A stretch of 36,084 nt of DNA from an uncultured Methanospirillum sp. GTDB taxonomy: Archaea > Halobacteriota > Methanomicrobia > Methanomicrobiales > Methanospirillaceae. The DNA is taken from assembly GCA_964637135.1 (NCBI GenBank), contig CAZWTX010000028.1:1-36084 (forward strand). Reading direction: 5' to 3'. The notes under the pieces were generated by a model. That model was given only the letters and a program-made list of their open reading frames with translations. It did not search any database and was not told where the DNA came from. The position numbers were made by a program, and so were the translations under genes. Below, piece by piece: positions 17,681 through 27,065 of the stretch; within the stretch, counting starts at the first letter, position 1, and each line of letters begins with the position of its first letter.

Positions 17681-17986
17681 TGTGATACACCCGGTCCATA
17701 TTATACTACCATGAGAGGCTTTTTAATACTATATATGTAATATCTACGAATAAATTTCCAATTCCGGTTCCTCCGCGTATTCTCTTCTGTTATCATCAGA
17801 ACGCCTCAGTTCACCCATTACAGTCAGTCTTCATCAGGACTGGCATGATGGTGATCAGATATCCTGGTAAAATCAGGATGTACTATTCAGTTCTCCTATA
17901 TTCAGGTGACAATAAGGCTCCAGTCGGCAGATCGATCCATCATCTGCTATAATATCCATTACCATCCACATATACAGTGAGAAAAT

Positions 17987-18235
17987 ATGTATTGTCCGAA
18001 TTGTGGAGAACAACTTGACGACTCCGCCCGGTTCTGTCCGAAATGTGGCACCCAGATCGGGGGAGGAGCACCGGCGGCTCAGACCGGCGGGTACCGCTCT
18101 ACCCGTTCAAACCGATCCATGGATTTTGATCCGAAAGATCGGATGATGCGGTTGATCTGGGCACTCGTTGTTGTTTTTGCCTTTATCCTGGTCTTCGGAG
18201 GCTACCATCTCCTGAAAACGAACCTGGGTCTGTAA
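17987..18235 (+). CDS. Zinc-ribbon domain membrane protein
   Basis: MYCPNCG...RFCPKCG, a flexible linker and one C-terminal TM helix. Confidence 0.85.
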   Translation: MYCPNCGEQLDDSARFCPKCGTQIGGGAPAAQTGGYRSTRSNRSMDFDPKDRMMRLIWALVVVFAFILVFGGYHLLKTNLGL

Positions 18236-18317
18236 GACCAGAGAACACCCGTTTTTTGAGATTCCGGGAAAGATCCTCTTCGATGTATGGTCATCGTTCG
18301 TTCCCGGGAGCGTGTTC

Positions 18318-18563
18318 TCACTTCGCCTTGTAATAGTTCCTGTACATCTCCTCTCCAACACACTCTTTCGCGTATTTACACCATTGGATACAGGAGAGGG
18401 CATCGTTATAGATTATAAATCCGCATTCTGAACAGGCAACCGAGGTGTCGTTAGAGAATATCTCGATCTCCACGCCGCACTGAGGGCATTGCCTGATCAT
18501 AAGGGTGGGTGTTTTCAGGTGAGCAGCACCCGGGCAGTGGTCCAGTATCATCTTCTCATCCAA
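18318..18563 (-). CDS. Small Cys-rich metal-binding protein
   Basis: Eight Cys in the pattern CPG...CPQC...CSEC...CIQWCKYAKEC. Co-oriented downstream of the HxlR gene. Confidence 0.8.
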   Translation of the reverse strand: MDEKMILDHCPGAAHLKTPTLMIRQCPQCGVEIEIFSNDTSVACSECGFIIYNDALSCIQWCKYAKECVGEEMYRNYYKAK

Positions 18564-18611
18564 TTATCTTTCTGCATCTCTCTACATTCGTCACCTTATC
18601 AGGCCCCCCCT

Positions 18612-18971
18612 TCAGAGCACGCAGTTCTTACAGTCCTGCCGGCCACAGGGAAGGTTATCGATCTTCCATTTCAGAGCCCATCCCTTGATTCCCTTGATGA
18701 GCGTGATCAGATCAAGCCCGCTCTCAGTCAGGGTATACTCGCATTTCACCGGGAATGATGAAGTATCAATCTTTTTTGTAATAATGCCTTCATCTTCGAG
18801 TTCCTTGAGTCGTTCTGAAAGGATCTTCGGGGTGATCTCTTCGAGAGCATCTTTCAGTTCAGAGAACCTCCGGGTATAGTTCTTACCCTTGTACAACTCC
18901 AGGATAATGAGAAATGTCCATTTCTTTGCCAGATATTTAACCGTCAGGTTGACCGTACAGATCTCATTCAC
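18612..18971 (-). CDS. HxlR (DUF24) family winged-helix regulator with N- and C-terminal cysteines
   Basis: KKWTFLIILEL...RRFSELKDALEEITPKILSERLKELEDEGII...PVKCEYTLTESG. Cys5 and a terminal CGRQDCKNC are present. GTG start. Confidence 0.93.
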   Translation of the reverse strand: MNEICTVNLTVKYLAKKWTFLIILELYKGKNYTRRFSELKDALEEITPKILSERLKELEDEGIITKKIDTSSFPVKCEYTLTESGLDLITLIKGIKGWALKWKIDNLPCGRQDCKNCVL

Positions 18972-18976
18972 GGTAT

Positions 18977-19025
18977 AGTTTTTGAAACTGGTACCTATTA
19001 ATAATTTGATATGGATAAGATATCA
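18977..19025. promoter_or_regulatory. Divergent hxlR/hcp promoter with two flanking palindromes
   Basis: Self-complementary TATTAATA (18996-19003) flanked by AGTTT-ttg-AAACT (18977-18989) and TGATAT-ggataag-ATATCA (19007-19025). Confidence 0.5.
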
Positions 19026-19054
19026 TACAGGAAGCCTATCCAGGAAGACGAATT

Positions 19055-20671
19055 ATGTTCTGTTATCAATGCGAAGAAACCGCCCGGGGAACCGGTTGCA
19101 CCGTGAAAGGTGTCTGTGGGAAGGAAGATCACACCGCAGGAGTTCAGGATGTGCTCATCTATCTCTGCAAGGGAATTTCATCCCGGAATAGTGCCGCCAT
19201 GGCAAATGGTCGTGGAAACAAAGACGCAGGCCCGTTCATTACTGAAGCCCTTTTTGCAACCCTGACAAACACGAATTTTGACGATGACCGGCTGAAGGAA
19301 ATGATCCGACAGGCCGTTGCCATCAGGGATGCCCTCCCGAAAGCAGGATCCCCTGAACATGATGCCTGCACCTGGACCCCGAAAAGCGATGCAGACATCG
19401 AAGCCAAGGCGAAGGAAATTGCCGAAGAGGCCAATGTCAACGATGATGTCCATTCGCTCAGGGCCCTGCTGGTCTTCGGATTGAAAGGCGTTGCAGCATA
19501 TTATCACCATGCAGAGATGCTCGGGTATACCGACGAGTCGATCCCTGATTTCATGCAGAAAGGACTTGCCTCCACGCTCCAGAGCCTTCCGGCTGAGGAG
19601 ATGATCGCCCTTGTGCTCGAATGCGGGGGCATTGGTGTCAAAACGCTCGCCCTGCTCGACGAAGCGAATACGAAGACCTATGGCTCCCCTGAGATCACTC
19701 CGGTGAAGACCACGGTGGGAACAAAACCAGGAATCCTGATCACCGGGCATGATCTCAGGGATCTCGAACAGCTCCTTGAACAGTCAAAGGACAGCGGGAT
19801 TGATATCTATACCCACGGTGAGATGCTTCCGGCGAATGCGTATCCGGCCCTGAAAAAATACCGGCATCTGGTCGGAAATTACGGATCATCCTGGTGGCAC
19901 CAGAAGGAAGAATTCGAAAAGTTCAATGGACCGATCGTTGTCACCACGAACTGTATTGTTCCTCCGAAAGAAACCTACCGGGACAAGATTTATACCACCG
20001 GACCGGCCGGGTACCCCGGGGTGAAACACATCGCCAGGTCAGCAGACGGGACAAAAGACTTTTCAAAAGTCATCGAACATGCAAAGACCTGTCCGCCGCC
20101 ACAGGAACCGGGAACGAACGGGCGTGACCTGATCACCGGCTGCGGTCATGATGCCGTCCTGGCACTGGCCGGGACGGTTGTCGAAGCAGTGAAAAAGGGT
20201 GATATAAAACGTTTTATCGTGATGGCCGGGTGTGACGGCCGCCAGTCTGAGCGGCAGTACTACACCGATTTTGCCCAGGCCCTCCCGAAAGACACGGTCA
20301 TCCTGACCGCCGGATGTGCCAAGTACCGGTATAACTACCTTGATCTTGGTACCATTGGCGGAATCCCCCGGGTGATTGACGCCGGCCAGTGCAATGACTG
20401 CTACTCGCTCGTTGTGATCGCGAAGGCCCTTGCCGAAGCATTCGGTGTCGGAATCAACGAACTTCCCGTCTCCTACAACATTGCCTGGTACGAACAGAAA
20501 GCAGCCCTCGTGCTGCTTGCCCTTCTTCACCTCGGTGTGAAGAACATCACCCTCGGGCCGAAACTTCCCGGATTTGTCTCACCCGGAGTGCTCAAGGTTC
20601 TGGTTGACACATTCAATCTCGGAAAAAACAGTACCGTCGAAGAGGATATGAAGCTGATGGTTCCGGCCTGA
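19055..20671 (+). CDS. hcp: Hybrid cluster protein (hydroxylamine/NO reductase), class I spacing
   Basis: MFCYQCEETARGTGCTVKGVCGK (C-x2-C-x8-C-x5-C), ITGHDL, YTHGEMLP, TTNC, GCDG, AGCAKYR, GQCND and WYEQKA. Confidence 0.98.
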   Translation: MFCYQCEETARGTGCTVKGVCGKEDHTAGVQDVLIYLCKGISSRNSAAMANGRGNKDAGPFITEALFATLTNTNFDDDRLKEMIRQAVAIRDALPKAGSPEHDACTWTPKSDADIEAKAKEIAEEANVNDDVHSLRALLVFGLKGVAAYYHHAEMLGYTDESIPDFMQKGLASTLQSLPAEEMIALVLECGGIGVKTLALLDEANTKTYGSPEITPVKTTVGTKPGILITGHDLRDLEQLLEQSKDSGIDIYTHGEMLPANAYPALKKYRHLVGNYGSSWWHQKEEFEKFNGPIVVTTNCIVPPKETYRDKIYTTGPAGYPGVKHIARSADGTKDFSKVIEHAKTCPPPQEPGTNGRDLITGCGHDAVLALAGTVVEAVKKGDIKRFIVMAGCDGRQSERQYYTDFAQALPKDTVILTAGCAKYRYNYLDLGTIGGIPRVIDAGQCNDCYSLVVIAKALAEAFGVGINELPVSYNIAWYEQKAALVLLALLHLGVKNITLGPKLPGFVSPGVLKVLVDTFNLGKNSTVEEDMKLMVPA

Positions 20672-20757
20672 ACCCGGGAACCGGGGAATCCCGCTTCTTT
20701 TCGCCGGGAGAAGAGATATCTGAAGAGAGATGGAGTTCATAGTATCGCGGTGATAAC

Positions 20758-21138
20758 ATGGAATTCAACGAGGAGACATTGGAAAAATCAGAAAAGTCCG
20801 GAAGAAAACGGGACGAACTCAAGGCAAAAGTACTCACCCTCAAAGACCTGGTGGACTACCAGGACGGTACGGTAGCAAGCCGGATGATCGTGAACACGAA
20901 AGCCGGTTCAATCACCCTTTTCTCCTTTGACGAGGATGAGGGTCTTTCCGAGCATACTGCCCCGTTTGATGCCGTGGTGACCATCCTGGATGGAGCATGC
21001 GAGGTCTGGATCCAGGGAGTAACCCACCAGATGAAGGAAGGAGATACCATCATCTTCCCGGCAGGGGCCCCCCATGCCCTGAGTGCTGTCACCCGGTTCA
21101 AGATGTCGCTGACCATGATCCGCGAGAAAGAATCATGA
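20758..21138 (+). CDS. Cupin domain protein
   Basis: TLFSFDEDEGLSEHTAPFDAVVTILDG...GDTIIFPAGAPHAL is a cupin_2 type often found near hcp. Confidence 0.92.
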   Translation: MEFNEETLEKSEKSGRKRDELKAKVLTLKDLVDYQDGTVASRMIVNTKAGSITLFSFDEDEGLSEHTAPFDAVVTILDGACEVWIQGVTHQMKEGDTIIFPAGAPHALSAVTRFKMSLTMIREKES

Positions 21139-21419
21139 GTGACGAGAAAGACGGGGTGTACTGCAAGGTCTGCGGCGGCATCATCCCGCAGGATACGAAG
21201 ATTGGATCCATCGACGTTGAAGGGAAACCGACCGGGATCAACCAGCTGGATTTCATCCTTGACGAAGTTTCTGCCCTGTCCCTGCAGAATGATTCAGACC
21301 TGAAGAATGAACTCATATCACGGGCAAAGGTACTCAATTACATCCCGACGAAGATGACGGAGAAGTATGCAAATGCCCTTCTCCGTGTGTATAAAGAACG
21401 ACAGCAAAAGGAAGAGTAA
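21135..21419 (+). CDS. Conserved hypothetical protein with N-terminal CxxC
   Basis: ATGA overlap with the cupin stop. 94 aa, [15 protein letters not shown]...GINQLD...NYIP...YANALL. Confidence 0.75.
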   Translation: MSDEKDGVYCKVCGGIIPQDTKIGSIDVEGKPTGINQLDFILDEVSALSLQNDSDLKNELISRAKVLNYIPTKMTEKYANALLRVYKERQQKEE

Positions 21420-21421
21420 AA

Positions 21422-21583
21422 ATGGACTCATACATATGCTCGATCTGCGGGTATGTCTATGACCCGGAGAAGGGTGATGAAACTGGCGGTATTGCACCCG
21501 GAACCGCATTCGACGATATCCCCGATGACTGGCTCTGTCCTCTGTGCCAGGAAGGGAAGGAAGTCTTTGAGATTGTTGAATAA
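21422..21583 (+). CDS. Rubredoxin (53 aa, absent from the ORF track)
   Basis: Translated by hand: [53 protein letters not shown]. Confidence 0.96.
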   Translation: MDSYICSICGYVYDPEKGDETGGIAPGTAFDDIPDDWLCPLCQEGKEVFEIVE

Positions 21584-21627
21584 TCCCCTTTTTACCGGAC
21601 GATCACTCGTGATCTGGAAGGATAACA

Positions 21628-22110
21628 ATGATTCATGGCATCATGGGAGATATGATCCGGTATTTTACCGGTGATGTGAAACGAATCAACCATGCCCTCA
21701 AGGTATACTCGTTTGCTACGCTGATATCCCTGGAATCAGGGACAAATGAACGGACCCACCGGATCATCTCCATCACGGCACTATTACATGACATCGGGAT
21801 TGTGGAAGCTGAGCAGAAGTACCGGTCGTCAGCCGGGAATTACCAGGAACGGGAAGGACCGCCTGTTGCACGGAAGATCTTACAGCCGTATTCCCTGGAT
21901 GAGAAAGACTGCGAACGGATATGTTTCATCATCGGGAACCATCATTCCTATCAGAAGATCGACGGTACCGATTTTCAGATCCTCGTTGAGGCAGATTTTC
22001 TCGTGAATATCTTTGAAGACGGGATGGGCAGTGACTCTGTCCGGCATATCAGGGAGAAGATATTCAGAACCGAATCCGGAACCCGGCTTCTTGACGGCAT
22101 GTACCTCTGA
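21628..22110 (+). CDS. HD domain phosphohydrolase-like protein
   Basis: RINHALKV...ALLHDIG...QEREGPPVA...IGNHH...EAD supplies the HD-superfamily metal ligands. Confidence 0.9.
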   Translation: MIHGIMGDMIRYFTGDVKRINHALKVYSFATLISLESGTNERTHRIISITALLHDIGIVEAEQKYRSSAGNYQEREGPPVARKILQPYSLDEKDCERICFIIGNHHSYQKIDGTDFQILVEADFLVNIFEDGMGSDSVRHIREKIFRTESGTRLLDGMYL

Positions 22111-22229
22111 TTGCCGTCACGGTTTTTTCAGGAGGTACACCCACAGGCTCGTACCGGATCACCATCTGGTTCCCATTGATGGGAGGGTCTGCAGAGCTCT
22201 ATTCATGATCGGCATTCCTGTAAAGGAGG

Positions 22230-25091
22230 TTACCCCGAAGCATCCGGACCGGGCTCATTCCCCCGGCTCATCCTGAACCGGTCAGCCGGGACACCAATCT
22301 CAAACCGAGCCCCCTTTCCCGAATCTCCGCACTCACGGATAGAAAGCCCGGTGATCGAGAGGATCTCCCTGGCGATAAAAAGCCCGATCCCGGTATTTGC
22401 TCCATATCCCGAGGTAAAGATGAGTTCCTTCTCATCCGGATGAATACCGATGCCGTCGTCTTCACAGGTGAGAATCAGGTCATCGCTCATCGTGTGGCAC
22501 TCAAACCGGATCTCCGTGATCTTTCCCCCATGCCTGATGGCATTGTCAAAAATGGTGACAAATATTTTCTGGATGATTGGATCAGCATAGATTTCGAGAT
22601 TCTCCGGGATATGATTCACAATTGCAATCCCGTCAAGCGCAACCTGGTCATGGGCAGCCGTGATCAGCCGGTGCACCGGTTGCCACCCGCTGGATGCGAT
22701 CCCGAATCCTTCATATTCCTTTGTGAATTCGATGATTCGTTGCATCTTCTCACGTACCCGGTCTGCCCGGGCGATGAGACTGGTCATCATGCCGGGATCC
22801 TGGTCTTCGATCGCGAGAGTATGGTACCCTTCCAAAGCAACGAGCTGATTCAGGATATCATGCCTGGTCAGACTGGTAAGAAGCCTGAGTTTCTGATGTG
22901 CCTCGTGGAGCGTTTCTTCCGAGCGTTTGAGTTCCGAGAGATCGGTTGCGATCCTGAGCAGAACGTCTCTTCCGCCCCATTCTACGACTTTCGTATTGAT
23001 GTGAAGGGGGATACGTGTTCCATCTTTCCGGAAATGTTCTGCCTCATATTCTTCTTCTCTCTGCAGCTTCTCATGACTGTCCGGATTTTTCTTCCCGTCA
23101 CCGCGAACGGGTATGACGATATCAGAGAGGTTTTTTGCGAGAAATTCCTCCCTGGTGTATCCGTGTAACCGGAAGGTATGGTCGTTGGCATAGAGCATTG
23201 TCCCGTCAAAATCGTGGATCATGAAGCATACCGGGGCTTCATTAGACATCTTTGCGAGAAGCCGGTTAAATTCGCCCATTTTTTTCCGGTCAGTCTCGTC
23301 AAAAATACCGCCATCAAAGAAGAGGGTATCATGTTCCATCGATGGGCTTGAGATGGCTTTCAGCCAGATCTCTTCTCCGGAGGGCCTGATATACGAACCC
23401 TCAAATACCCAGAGGCTTTTCGTGCTGATTGCGTTCCGAAAGGAATTGAGCAGCCGTACCCGGTCTTTTGGGATAACTCCCGCAACAAGATTGTCAAAAA
23501 ATGAGTCCGGGCTGGTATCAATTCCCAGGATTTCCCGGCATCGATCACTGATATAATCAAATCCTTCTGTCCCGTCGGCATTTACAAAGAACCGGAAGAT
23601 CACCCCGGGGATGTTATCAGCCATCGTATGCAGCTGGTGCTCGCTTTTATGCAGTTCCTCTCCCTGCCTTGTTATCTCAGCGAGGTTTTCCCGAAGTTCC
23701 TCCTCTGTCTCGGAGATATGCCGGTATGCAACCCGGAGTTCCTCGTGCTTCCTGATAAGGGCCTCTTCCGCCTCTTTCCGCTTGATGATCGTCCACATTC
23801 CGCCCATGAGGAGTTCCAGCTGGCGGATATCTGACTGACCATACAATCCGGTTTTATTTGCAACGCCGGCTACGATGACGATCCGGGTCCCGTCAAAGAT
23901 CGGGACATTCATGTGACGAACCAGTTGCACATGCCCTTTTGGAATCCCCCGTTTGAGGGGATTTTCTGCCGCATAATCATTGGTGATCACCGGCCGCCGC
24001 TGCCTGATCGCCTCACCCCACAGCCCCGTGTCCTCAACCGGGTATTCAAGGGGTTTATCAGTGATCTGACATGCATGCATGGCATCTTTTGACCAGGCAT
24101 ACATCGTGAGAACAGATTCATCCTCGTTTACAAAGGCAATGTACCCAAGGGAGCTCCCGGTCAGCCTGACCGCTTCCTCCATGGCAAAATGGGTGATGGT
24201 ATGGGTAGATTCACCGATCATCAGGTTTAACTGGAGAAGCGCCTCAAGACGTGCTTCGTCAAGCTGGTATTTCTTTTCCGTTCGTTTGATCGCAGTTATG
24301 TTCCTGATAGACTCTATCGCTCCGATGATGGTTCCCCGGGTATCGTAGAACGGAGCTGCGGTAAACCAGAACGATTGCTCGCCCCGGTCCTGGAAGTCCT
24401 TCAGGGTTACTTCGGCTGAGAGCAGTTCTCCGTCCTGTTGAAGCGACGGGTAACGAGTGGCGGTATCCGGATCCCTATCCAGGACAAGGTCGATGAGGAC
24501 CGGCCGGTGTTCATGGTAGAAGGGGAGTGCATATTCATAATCTCCTTTTCCGAGCATATCCCCGGCTGGGATACCGGTCATCTGTTCCATTGCCCGGTTC
24601 CAGGCGATGATCCTCCCGTCAGTATCGATCGCAAAGGTCGGATCCGGAAGAAAACTGATGATATTTGCTTCACGGCACTGCAGATCCCTGAGCTGGTTCT
24701 CCCGTCTCCGGTGGTTAACCGCCTTCCTGATCATATGGGCAAGCTCGGCAAACCGGGAAAGCGGATCCCCCCCTTTCTGGAGGTAAAAATCGACACCTTC
24801 GTTGAATGCCTGGATGACGACCTCTTCACTGCCTTTTCCGGTGAACAGGATAAACGGAATAGAATCCCCATCTCTCCTGACCGCTTTGAGGAATTCGATC
24901 CCGTCCATCTGTGGCATCAGGTAGTCAGCAACGATCACGTCAAATGAGCGGTTTTTCAGAAGATCCAATGCCGTCAGTGATTCCGGTGAGGTTGTGACCG
25001 AAAAATCTCCCTGCCGTTCAAGGAATATTTTACCAAGGGAGAGGAGATCGGTTTCATCGTCGACGTACAGAACCCGGATATATTCAGGCAT
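22230..25091 (-). CDS. Hybrid sensor histidine kinase REC-PAS-GAF-PAS-PAS-HisKA-HATPase
   Basis: VLYVDDE/ADYLMPQMDG REC, GAF (GLWGEAIRQRRPVITNDY...HMNVPIF), H-box LTRHDILN, DNAIRHG, DDGIGI and GYGANTGIGL. Confidence 0.95.
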   Translation of the reverse strand: MPEYIRVLYVDDETDLLSLGKIFLERQGDFSVTTSPESLTALDLLKNRSFDVIVADYLMPQMDGIEFLKAVRRDGDSIPFILFTGKGSEEVVIQAFNEGVDFYLQKGGDPLSRFAELAHMIRKAVNHRRRENQLRDLQCREANIISFLPDPTFAIDTDGRIIAWNRAMEQMTGIPAGDMLGKGDYEYALPFYHEHRPVLIDLVLDRDPDTATRYPSLQQDGELLSAEVTLKDFQDRGEQSFWFTAAPFYDTRGTIIGAIESIRNITAIKRTEKKYQLDEARLEALLQLNLMIGESTHTITHFAMEEAVRLTGSSLGYIAFVNEDESVLTMYAWSKDAMHACQITDKPLEYPVEDTGLWGEAIRQRRPVITNDYAAENPLKRGIPKGHVQLVRHMNVPIFDGTRIVIVAGVANKTGLYGQSDIRQLELLMGGMWTIIKRKEAEEALIRKHEELRVAYRHISETEEELRENLAEITRQGEELHKSEHQLHTMADNIPGVIFRFFVNADGTEGFDYISDRCREILGIDTSPDSFFDNLVAGVIPKDRVRLLNSFRNAISTKSLWVFEGSYIRPSGEEIWLKAISSPSMEHDTLFFDGGIFDETDRKKMGEFNRLLAKMSNEAPVCFMIHDFDGTMLYANDHTFRLHGYTREEFLAKNLSDIVIPVRGDGKKNPDSHEKLQREEEYEAEHFRKDGTRIPLHINTKVVEWGGRDVLLRIATDLSELKRSEETLHEAHQKLRLLTSLTRHDILNQLVALEGYHTLAIEDQDPGMMTSLIARADRVREKMQRIIEFTKEYEGFGIASSGWQPVHRLITAAHDQVALDGIAIVNHIPENLEIYADPIIQKIFVTIFDNAIRHGGKITEIRFECHTMSDDLILTCEDDGIGIHPDEKELIFTSGYGANTGIGLFIAREILSITGLSIRECGDSGKGARFEIGVPADRFRMSRGNEPGPDASG

Positions 25092-25580
25092 ACTATTACC
25101 CGGATACCCCTGTTTCCCAATGGATCACCTGAGTAAATGATCTCTTACCGGCGAAGATACTGCGGGGATCATCAATTGGAGATATTCCTCGCAGTACTTC
25201 AGATAGAATCCACGGGCGGGTAAATACACTGTTATTCGTACTCGTATGATATGAGTAGGTTTTTTCTTATGGATGAATGTTATCCAGATTCAGGCTGCCC
25301 TGAATGCCGGTTGTTCTTCTTGGAAATAATCCTGGAATTATCCGTGTTCGAGGATGACAGATGAATCCGGCTGTTCTGCGGTGCCCGAACATGTTGAATC
25401 CGGTCTCATCTTAACCAGGAGTAATCTGCCCCGGTTCTTGTGCCATACAGGCGTTTCGTCACCGGGAGTGTTCCTATCTTCCGGGGACCTGGGCCCGGGG
25501 TGATCCTATATCATCTCACACAATGAGATATCTCCATGGAAAGCCCTCCGGATCCGGTGATTTATCGTAAACATCCCGGA

Positions 25581-26015
25581 ATGGGTGAAATATACAGCCT
25601 GATTGGGATATCAGCATCGCCCCGGGAGATCTGGGAAGTTCTTACCCGTTTTGATCAGTATCCGGAATGGAATCCGTTTATCCGGGAAATCCAGGGGAAC
25701 CTGGATGTGGGATCCCGGCTGAACGTCTTCCTGCAGCCACCGGGTTCCTGGGGGATGAGAATCCGGCCGGTTCTGCTGAGCGTTGTCCCATCCCGCGAAC
25801 TCCGGTGGAAGGGGTTGTTCCTCGTCCGGGGACTTCTTGACGGCGAACATTCTTTTACAATCCGGGAACACGGAGATGGAACGTCCCTCTTTATTCAGCG
25901 TGAATGTTTTTCCGGGATTCTTCTTCCCCTCATGGAACGACTATTGATACAAAGCACCTGCCAGGGATTTCGCGCAATGAACGAAGCACTCCGGAGCCGT
26001 TGCGACCGCAGGTAA
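25581..26015 (+). CDS. SRPBCC (polyketide cyclase/START-like) domain protein
   Basis: ISASPREIWEVLTRFDQYPEWNPFI...ELRWKG...DGEHSF...FRAMNEALR. The start is ATG 25581 or 25536. Confidence 0.88.
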   Translation: MGEIYSLIGISASPREIWEVLTRFDQYPEWNPFIREIQGNLDVGSRLNVFLQPPGSWGMRIRPVLLSVVPSRELRWKGLFLVRGLLDGEHSFTIREHGDGTSLFIQRECFSGILLPLMERLLIQSTCQGFRAMNEALRSRCDRR

Positions 26016-26041
26016 GATTGTCTCTCCCTGCTCTTTTCATG

Positions 26042-26980
26042 TCAGAGTCGTTCCGGAAAGACGGTGCATACCCTCCTGATACTCCATCCCCCGATACTGA
26101 TCCCGATCATGATGTCCAGAACTCCAAACCACATTCGTGGATTTTCGAGCGCATCAAGGGTGAAGTAGAGCGGGACAAGCCCATAGTAGATGAAGGCTGT
26201 GAACCAGGCCAGAAAGAAGAGACCGATCAGGCCGGGGAGTGCAGGCCTGGTCAGGGCGACGAACCGGGAAAAGAACGGGACGAAAATGAGAATAAACCCC
26301 ATGATGATGAGGGGCGTTCCGAATACGGATATGATACCGTGCGGGAGGTTCAACCCCCATTCTAAGTAAAAAATATCTCCGCCCTGGTACTGGACTGACC
26401 GCTGGGGGATGTATGACCAGAGTTGGGAGATATTCATGAGGGCCGCCCAGAAGAAAAATGATCCAAGGAGGTATGACCGCCGGATCTGCTCCCTGGTAAG
26501 AAGGACGAGGGAGAGGATGGCAAGAAGGATGTTCATTGATGGGCCGGCGATAGCGACAAGTCCTGCAGTCACTCCCTGCCCGCTATTAATCAGATCCGGG
26601 TAGAAGGTACCGTCATCAACCGCCGTGCACCCGGAGAAAGTGAATCCATGACCATAATTGATATCCAGGGGGCTCTTGTCGGTAACCCCGGTCAGGAGGG
26701 CGACGGTTGCATGAGACCACTCGTGGAGGAAGAATGAGGAATACCGTGCGAGGAGGGAGAGGAATAGTGTTATTCCAGCGAAGAAAAAGGGTTCTTTCTG
26801 CCAGAATGAGCGGTTGGATCGGCACCGTATGGTATAGAGGATCCCACCGGTGAGTCCGGCGAGTCCGGCAAGGATGAGGAGCGTGAAGGGAACGGATTCC
26901 CCGAAGATGTGAGACAGGAAGTATCCGGTGCAGAAGAGTATGGAGAAGAGTGCGGAGAGGGCGGTCCGGGGGGAGATCAT
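26042..26980 (-). CDS. Membrane protein with M50 (site-2-protease-like) metalloprotease motifs
   Basis: Multi-TM protein with HEWSH (HExxH), AIAGPSMN and a downstream GGD. The start is placed at MISPRT (26980) to avoid overlap with the MFS gene. Confidence 0.65.
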   Translation of the reverse strand: MISPRTALSALFSILFCTGYFLSHIFGESVPFTLLILAGLAGLTGGILYTIRCRSNRSFWQKEPFFFAGITLFLSLLARYSSFFLHEWSHATVALLTGVTDKSPLDINYGHGFTFSGCTAVDDGTFYPDLINSGQGVTAGLVAIAGPSMNILLAILSLVLLTREQIRRSYLLGSFFFWAALMNISQLWSYIPQRSVQYQGGDIFYLEWGLNLPHGIISVFGTPLIIMGFILIFVPFFSRFVALTRPALPGLIGLFFLAWFTAFIYYGLVPLYFTLDALENPRMWFGVLDIMIGISIGGWSIRRVCTVFPERL

Positions 26981-27065
26981 ACGGAGGAGTGGGCCGGTCA
27001 GGATGATAATCGTTGAGATATGGTACGGACCACTGAGACCATGTGATCTGATTACTCCGGTGCTG

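Noticed and set aside
20997..21134. ORF-track N-terminal extension of the 21135-21419 gene
   Set aside because: It overlaps the cupin gene out of frame. The ATGA-coupled start at 21135 is more plausible.
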